Of a stretch of DNA of 64,000 nucleotides, positions 59,421-64,000 are shown piece after piece. Source of the stretch: Theionarchaea archaeon. GTDB lineage: Archaea; Methanobacteriota_B; Thermococci; Methanofastidiosales; SZ-28-30. Within the stretch, counting starts at the first letter, position 1; the number at the start of each line of letters is the position of its first letter. The translations under genes and the position numbers were made by a program. Where the stretch lies: NCBI GenBank assembly GCA_018992685.1, contig JACVGT010000011.1:32001-96000 (forward strand). Direction: 5' to 3'. Below the pieces are notes generated by a model that searched no databases, was not told the origin of the DNA, and saw nothing but the letters and a program-made list of their open reading frames with translations.

Positions 59421-60437
59421 CTACATTGACAGTAAAAGCCAGAACACTGCACCCAGGGCAATGCTTCCGATGCCGATAAGCCCGTGATACACTGATCTCT
59501 TTTCTGAGCCTACTGCATACATCACCATCAATGTAACACCTGCAGCCCCGTTGAATGCTGCCAGATACGCAATCCTGTGCACAAAGCCCAGGGACAGAAT
59601 GTTGAACACTGCCAGAAGATAGATCCCCAGACTGAATGCCAGTGATGCCAGACAGCTCCCGACCCCTGCAAAGAATAGACTGATTCCATCACCTTCTGCA
59701 GTCAGGTCATCGAGCGCAGTCCTGATTTTCGAGGGCACAGGGAGTCTGCTGACCACCCCAGTTCCAAGAGAGAGTACTCCGAGGGCTACAGCCACCACTG
59801 CCAGTGGGAATTCCAGAGGCACTATCATATTGGCCAGAAACACTACCGTTGACAGAGCTGTACAGAAGATGAGGCTGGTGATTATGTACGCTCCGAAAAA
59901 CGGTACACCTTTCCCTTTGACTCGTGAAACAATGTGTGAATTCAGAGGCGTTAGCCCAGATATGAGTCCTGCAATCATCAGAAAAGGGAGCAGAAAAGTC
60001 TTTCCCGAAACCTGAGGAGTTGCCGTATGATCATACACGACAATGCAATCCCTGTGCTCACACAAAGCGATGTTGCAGCCACTTTCAGAACACGTTTCAA
60101 TCTTCTTCCTGATTAGTTGATGGGAGGTAGGCCCATACCCCCCAAAGTGATCCTTCCCAATGAATACCATGGGAGTGCTGTACCCTTTGAAATCCAGGTT
60201 GTACACCTGTTTGAAGAGATCATAGAGTTTTTTGCTCTCCTCTTCTGAGATCTCGTACCGGTGAATCACCATGGTAGGATACTCCAGAGATAGTTCTTGT
60301 AAGAACTCATTCATGGAGCTGCATCCTCCACAGTATTCTGATTCAAAAATAAATACATCTATGAATTTTGTGGGGATTCCGTACAGCAGAGGTACTGCAA
60401 TGATTGCCATTAACATAATAAGTACGACTTTTTTCAT
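59421..60437 (-). CDS. Exported thioredoxin-fold (CGGC) domain fused to multi-TM CcdA/DsbD-like domain
   Basis: Signal peptide; FESEYCGGC..TPMVFIG; AGLISGLTP TM region. Confidence 0.7.
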   Translation of the reverse strand: MKKVVLIMLMAIIAVPLLYGIPTKFIDVFIFESEYCGGCSSMNEFLQELSLEYPTMVIHRYEISEEESKKLYDLFKQVYNLDFKGYSTPMVFIGKDHFGGYGPTSHQLIRKKIETCSESGCNIALCEHRDCIVVYDHTATPQVSGKTFLLPFLMIAGLISGLTPLNSHIVSRVKGKGVPFFGAYIITSLIFCTALSTVVFLANMIVPLEFPLAVVAVALGVLSLGTGVVSRLPVPSKIRTALDDLTAEGDGISLFFAGVGSCLASLAFSLGIYLLAVFNILSLGFVHRIAYLAAFNGAAGVTLMVMYAVGSEKRSVYHGLIGIGSIALGAVFWLLLSM

Positions 60438-60438
60438 T

Positions 60439-61716
60439 CTACCACCTCTCTAGGAGAGAACGCATCGTTATCTCTCCAGCATAGTTGTGTAGCATCATCC
60501 GGCGAATCTCCTCTTCATTCTCTGTGTGACCTAAGACCCAGGCCAGTTTCAAGAACGCAACTTCGGGCAGCATGTCTTCAGCATATAGTACCCCTAGGTT
60601 GAACATTATTCGGCCGTTGGTGTATACATATGGGTTGACCCTTCCATACAGGCACTGGGTGGCAAAGGCGATGGCTACTCCCTCTTCCCTAGCCCTCTTT
60701 ATAGCTGAAATCCACGAATACTCTGGATTCACAGTATCTGTGGGCAAATGCCCCAGGGCGGTGGCTTCAATCAAGACTCCTTTATAGTGGTTATCCACCA
60801 GATAGTTCAGCAGTTCAGGGTTACAGTTGGGGTGCGCTTTAAGTAGAGCCACTTTCTCCTGGAGAGCAGTGTCTGCATGAACATCAGTGTCCTCCCGGGC
60901 TCTGTAGTCGGAAAGGTATTCAATACTGCCTGAGGGCCACACCCTGCCCAGCTCTCTTCCATTTATGGGCTGAAATGCATCCCTTCGAGTGGTGTGCATC
61001 TTTCTCACCTTGGTTCCCCGCAGCACGGAGCAGTATGTATCAGATGTTTCTCCATGCATGACGATGACCACTTCACCAATGTCAGAGAATCCTGCAGTTA
61101 TTGCTGAACAGATCAAGTTCATGGCGCCATCAAAGCTCCCTCTATCGGGAGAGCGTTGAGCACCCACCAGACACACTGGTTTCTTCAGGCCCTGGAGCAT
61201 GAAAGACAGTATGGCAGCAGTGTAGTGAAGCGTGTCTGTGCCATGTGTAACCACGACTCCTGCGACTCCCTCATTTAACTCTTTGGCCGCCAGTTCTGCT
61301 ATGATTGGATATTCCTTGAAGGTCATGGATTCAGACCCTACTCTGAAGGGAGACACCACTTTCTTGAGGGAGACGAGTTCTGCTAGCTCAGGGGTGGTGA
61401 AGAATATTTCCCTGGGCTCCATCAACATATGTACTCCGCCTGTCCTGTAATCTAATCGGGATGCTATAGTTCCCCCAGTGGCGATCATGGAAATTTCAGG
61501 AAGACCTTCTTTCTTCTCCAATTCGATCTCAGGAAAAACCTGCAGGTGTTCTTCTTCTCCCAGAACTTCAGTTCGTCCTCCCCTGAGGCCGATGTTGTAG
61601 CCATTGTCCAGTTTTATGGTAATGTGATCTTCATCTTCCAGTTCAGATCGAGGAAGGAGGATGCCCTCAAATGTCTGTGTTTCAGTTGTCACTCTGATGC
61701 GGTCTCCTGGATTCAT
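60439..61716 (-). CDS. gatD: Glu-tRNA(Gln) amidotransferase subunit D
   Basis: KLDNGYNIG, TGGTIASR, HGTDT, GAQRSPDR, KMHTTRRDAF. Confidence 0.96.
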   Translation of the reverse strand: MNPGDRIRVTTETQTFEGILLPRSELEDEDHITIKLDNGYNIGLRGGRTEVLGEEEHLQVFPEIELEKKEGLPEISMIATGGTIASRLDYRTGGVHMLMEPREIFFTTPELAELVSLKKVVSPFRVGSESMTFKEYPIIAELAAKELNEGVAGVVVTHGTDTLHYTAAILSFMLQGLKKPVCLVGAQRSPDRGSFDGAMNLICSAITAGFSDIGEVVIVMHGETSDTYCSVLRGTKVRKMHTTRRDAFQPINGRELGRVWPSGSIEYLSDYRAREDTDVHADTALQEKVALLKAHPNCNPELLNYLVDNHYKGVLIEATALGHLPTDTVNPEYSWISAIKRAREEGVAIAFATQCLYGRVNPYVYTNGRIMFNLGVLYAEDMLPEVAFLKLAWVLGHTENEEEIRRMMLHNYAGEITMRSLLERW

Positions 61717-62597
61717 GGTACCACCCTGTAGGTCGGGGGATCTATCCATTCAGAATTGCAGTTAGGGCACTTGCTGGGTTCTTTAATGACGGTCAGCTTA
61801 AAAGTAAATCCACAGTGGTTGCACACGGGCATTTTCACTGTGAGGTCTCCATTTCTGTTCCGGAGACTTCTGCTAATGTGCTGCAAATCTGATAGAACAG
61901 TCTTCTTGGGGATCTTGAAATGATGAGCGAGCTCCAGGGAAGTCATCTCAGCATCCTGGAGAAGCTGGACGATTTCTTCACGTCTGGTCATACAATTCCT
62001 CCTTTTCGATTCTGAAAGTTGAATCTCGGACTTTGAATGTTGAATTCTGAACACAACCAATTCCTCAAAAAACAACCGTGTCCTGACTAGTATGGTGCAG
62101 TCAAACTTCCTGGCCTCAAGATATGTTCTGGTCTGAGCGAGGTTTGAGAGAGAGGATTGAAGAAGGTAAACCCTCCCTTCAGGACTCAGAAACCCATTGA
62201 ACTGGGAAAGAAATGCATCAATGGTGTTTCTTCCGTCAGGTCCTCCATCACAGGAAAAATCCTGGATTGAAAGTTCGTCTGAGGGGCAGTAGGGGGGGTT
62301 GAAAATGATGACGTCAAAGGCCCCCGAGACTGATGAGAAGAGATCACTGCAGTGAAATTGTACATTGGTTACACCATTTTCTTCTGCGTTGTATTCAGCC
62401 AGAGCCACAGCCCGAGGGTCGATATCCACGCCCACCATCTCCTGGAACCGGTGGGCCAGGTTCAGGGTGATCACTCCTGTACCCACTCCTATCTCGAGTG
62501 CCCGTCCTGACAATTCCTCATCAACCAGAGCATCCAGCAGGAGAAAGGTATCTTCCCGAGGACCATACACCTCAGGATCAGTGGTAATGGTGAACAT
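61713..62597 (-). CDS. HemK2/PrmC-type methyltransferase continuing in frame into an HTH + Zn-ribbon regulator (own RBS/ATG at 61991)
   Basis: VYGPREDTFLL, EIGVGTG, FNPPY; then MTRREEI...DLQHI..CNHCGF..PSKCPNC.SEWI.PP. Confidence 0.85.
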   Translation of the reverse strand: MFTITTDPEVYGPREDTFLLLDALVDEELSGRALEIGVGTGVITLNLAHRFQEMVGVDIDPRAVALAEYNAEENGVTNVQFHCSDLFSSVSGAFDVIIFNPPYCPSDELSIQDFSCDGGPDGRNTIDAFLSQFNGFLSPEGRVYLLQSSLSNLAQTRTYLEARKFDCTILVRTRLFFEELVVFRIQHSKSEIQLSESKRRNCMTRREEIVQLLQDAEMTSLELAHHFKIPKKTVLSDLQHISRSLRNRNGDLTVKMPVCNHCGFTFKLTVIKEPSKCPNCNSEWIDPPTYRVVP

Positions 62598-62673
62598 TGG
62601 TGTTCTCTCTTCTGCTGGTTATAAAGACTTTGTGGTCCTGGGGGGCATGTCTGTCGGGCAACAAGAGAAACAG

Positions 62674-63057
62674 CTACTGGTGGATTGTCATGAAATGAAC
62701 CTTCCGTTTCCGCGGACCATCAAACTCACAGAAGAACAACCGTTGCCAGGTTCCCAGACTCAGCCTACCGTTTTCCATGGGGATAATGGCAGAGTTTCCA
62801 ATGAGGATTGCCTTTAGATGTGAGTCTGCATTGTTGTCCACCCTATCATGTTTGTACGACCCGTGAGATACCAGGGTTTCCAGCAACACCACGATGTCTT
62901 CCTTCAATCCCGATTCGTTCTCATTGACACATATTCCTGCAGTTGTGTGGGTGCAGTATACCGCAAGCAGTCCTGTATTATTCTCCAGAATGCTCTGTGC
63001 CCTCTCTGTAATATCAATCAGTTCAACTCTTTGGCTCGTCCTTATCTCAATTTCCAT
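62674..63057 (-). CDS. yjbQ: YjbQ/UPF0047 family protein
   Basis: HTTAG..NE, NADSHLK, LGTWQ..FFCEFDGPR. Confidence 0.92.
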   Translation of the reverse strand: MEIEIRTSQRVELIDITERAQSILENNTGLLAVYCTHTTAGICVNENESGLKEDIVVLLETLVSHGSYKHDRVDNNADSHLKAILIGNSAIIPMENGRLSLGTWQRLFFCEFDGPRKRKVHFMTIHQ

Positions 63058-63231
63058 ACGGAAGACTATGTGTAACCTATAAAAGAATTTTCTGTGGCGT
63101 GAGAGTAGTATGTAATAGGTGATGCCTCTCCTGGCCCGCCTAGGAAATATTCTGTACAAAGCCTGTATTGTCATAAGAGTTTCAAGGTGTGAATAGCTTG
63201 GAAAGGAACCTCCCAAAAAAAGGGAGAGGAA

Positions 63232-64000
63232 TTACTTTTTCCTCATTCCAACAAAAATTCCAGTTACTATCAGTCCTGCTAGAATTAATGTTCCCAGGCA
63301 GGGTCCATCCACCTCAGGCTCTTCCTGCTGTTCTTGTTGTTCTCCACCTTTTTCTTGTTCTTGCTCTTGCTCCTGTTCACATGTGGAAATCCATTCTTCA
63401 CATTCTCTGATTCTCTCTTCATCTCCCAGGTCTCTGTACAAGGCGAGGGCTTTCTCGAAGCTGGCCTTGGCACTCTCGTAGTCCTGGAGTTCAAGGTATT
63501 CAATTCCCTCCTTCAAGGCGATGTCAGCATCAACTGCCTTCATGCAGGCATCAATCATGTCCTGGGCCTTTTGAGAGCCCGCAGCATCGTTTATTTCATC
63601 GTACAGTGTCTTGCTGTTCTTGAATTGTTCCAGAGCCTTTTCGTAGTCTCTCTCTCCGTAACGTTCTGTACCATTGATATATGACATGCCTGCTTCAATG
63701 CCCTTCTCACACTGAGCAATTGGGTCCTCCATGTCAGACACTCTTGTTTCAATGCCTAAATCCTTGTAGGAATCCAAAGCTTTCTCAAAGGCATCTTTCG
63801 CACTTGTGTATTCTCCCTGAGAGAAGAGGTCGTATCCCTGTGAAGCCAATGCATCCGGCTCAGATGTATCAACTTTGGGAATATACGGCTGGGCAGCCCA
63901 CATGAACATGTTCAGCGCCAGTCTCCTGTCGTCTTCGTAGGAAAGATAGCTCATGTCCTCAATGGCCACGAGAAAGTCGTAGTCTCCCATGGCTACCACT
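63232..64000 (-). CDS. TPR-repeat surface protein with C-terminal TM anchor (5' end outside the window)
   Basis: Repeated G..Y..A...FEKA...Y helices; EQ-rich linker; GPCLGT-TM-RKK. Confidence 0.8.
   Translation of the reverse strand, partial: VVAMGDYDFLVAIEDMSYLSYEDDRRLALNMFMWAAQPYIPKVDTSEPDALASQGYDLFSQGEYTSAKDAFEKALDSYKDLGIETRVSDMEDPIAQCEKGIEAGMSYINGTERYGERDYEKALEQFKNSKTLYDEINDAAGSQKAQDMIDACMKAVDADIALKEGIEYLELQDYESAKASFEKALALYRDLGDEERIRECEEWISTCEQEQEQEQEKGGEQQEQQEEPEVDGPCLGTLILAGLIVTGIFVGMRKK

Noticed and set aside
1-64000. tRNA, rRNA, CRISPR arrays, IS elements
   Set aside because: None recognised by eye; tRNAscan-SE, Infernal and CRISPR finders would be needed to exclude them formally

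Overview
Gene-dense archaeal chromosomal window. The archaeal call rests on rpl21e-rpo4-DUF655, rpl10e, NAC, gatD/gatE, thiDN, BRE/TATA promoters and GGAGGTG/GGTGA ribosome-binding sites; a Thermococci/Theionarchaea-like euryarchaeon is inferred but not proven. Housekeeping and metabolic blocks include a dpp/opp peptide ABC importer, a CoA-transferase-GNAT/ADP-forming acetate-CoA ligase/DRTGG operon, a thiamine salvage operon, and an ABC exporter with a large GNAT protein. The main result is two putative RiPP (ribosomally synthesised, post-translationally modified peptide) gene clusters whose precursor ORFs are too short for the ORF track. Cluster 1 (25029-30705): 32-aa MKFNVRKLETVSTTVAAADDVVPWKEAKLQCL, three radical SAM/SPASM enzymes each fused to a PqqD-like RiPP recognition element (RRE), and an RRE-fused HExxH membrane protease. 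Cluster 2 (52211-57455): 46-aa peptide with core CCYNDTDGDYYCC, two RRE-less rSAM/SPASM enzymes, a tandem-PqqD protein and a B12-dependent rSAM. Both precursors have a BRE/TATA promoter, a GGAGGTG RBS and a downstream oligo-T tract. No tRNA, rRNA, CRISPR array or transposase was recognised. All family calls come from motif recognition by eye, not database searches.
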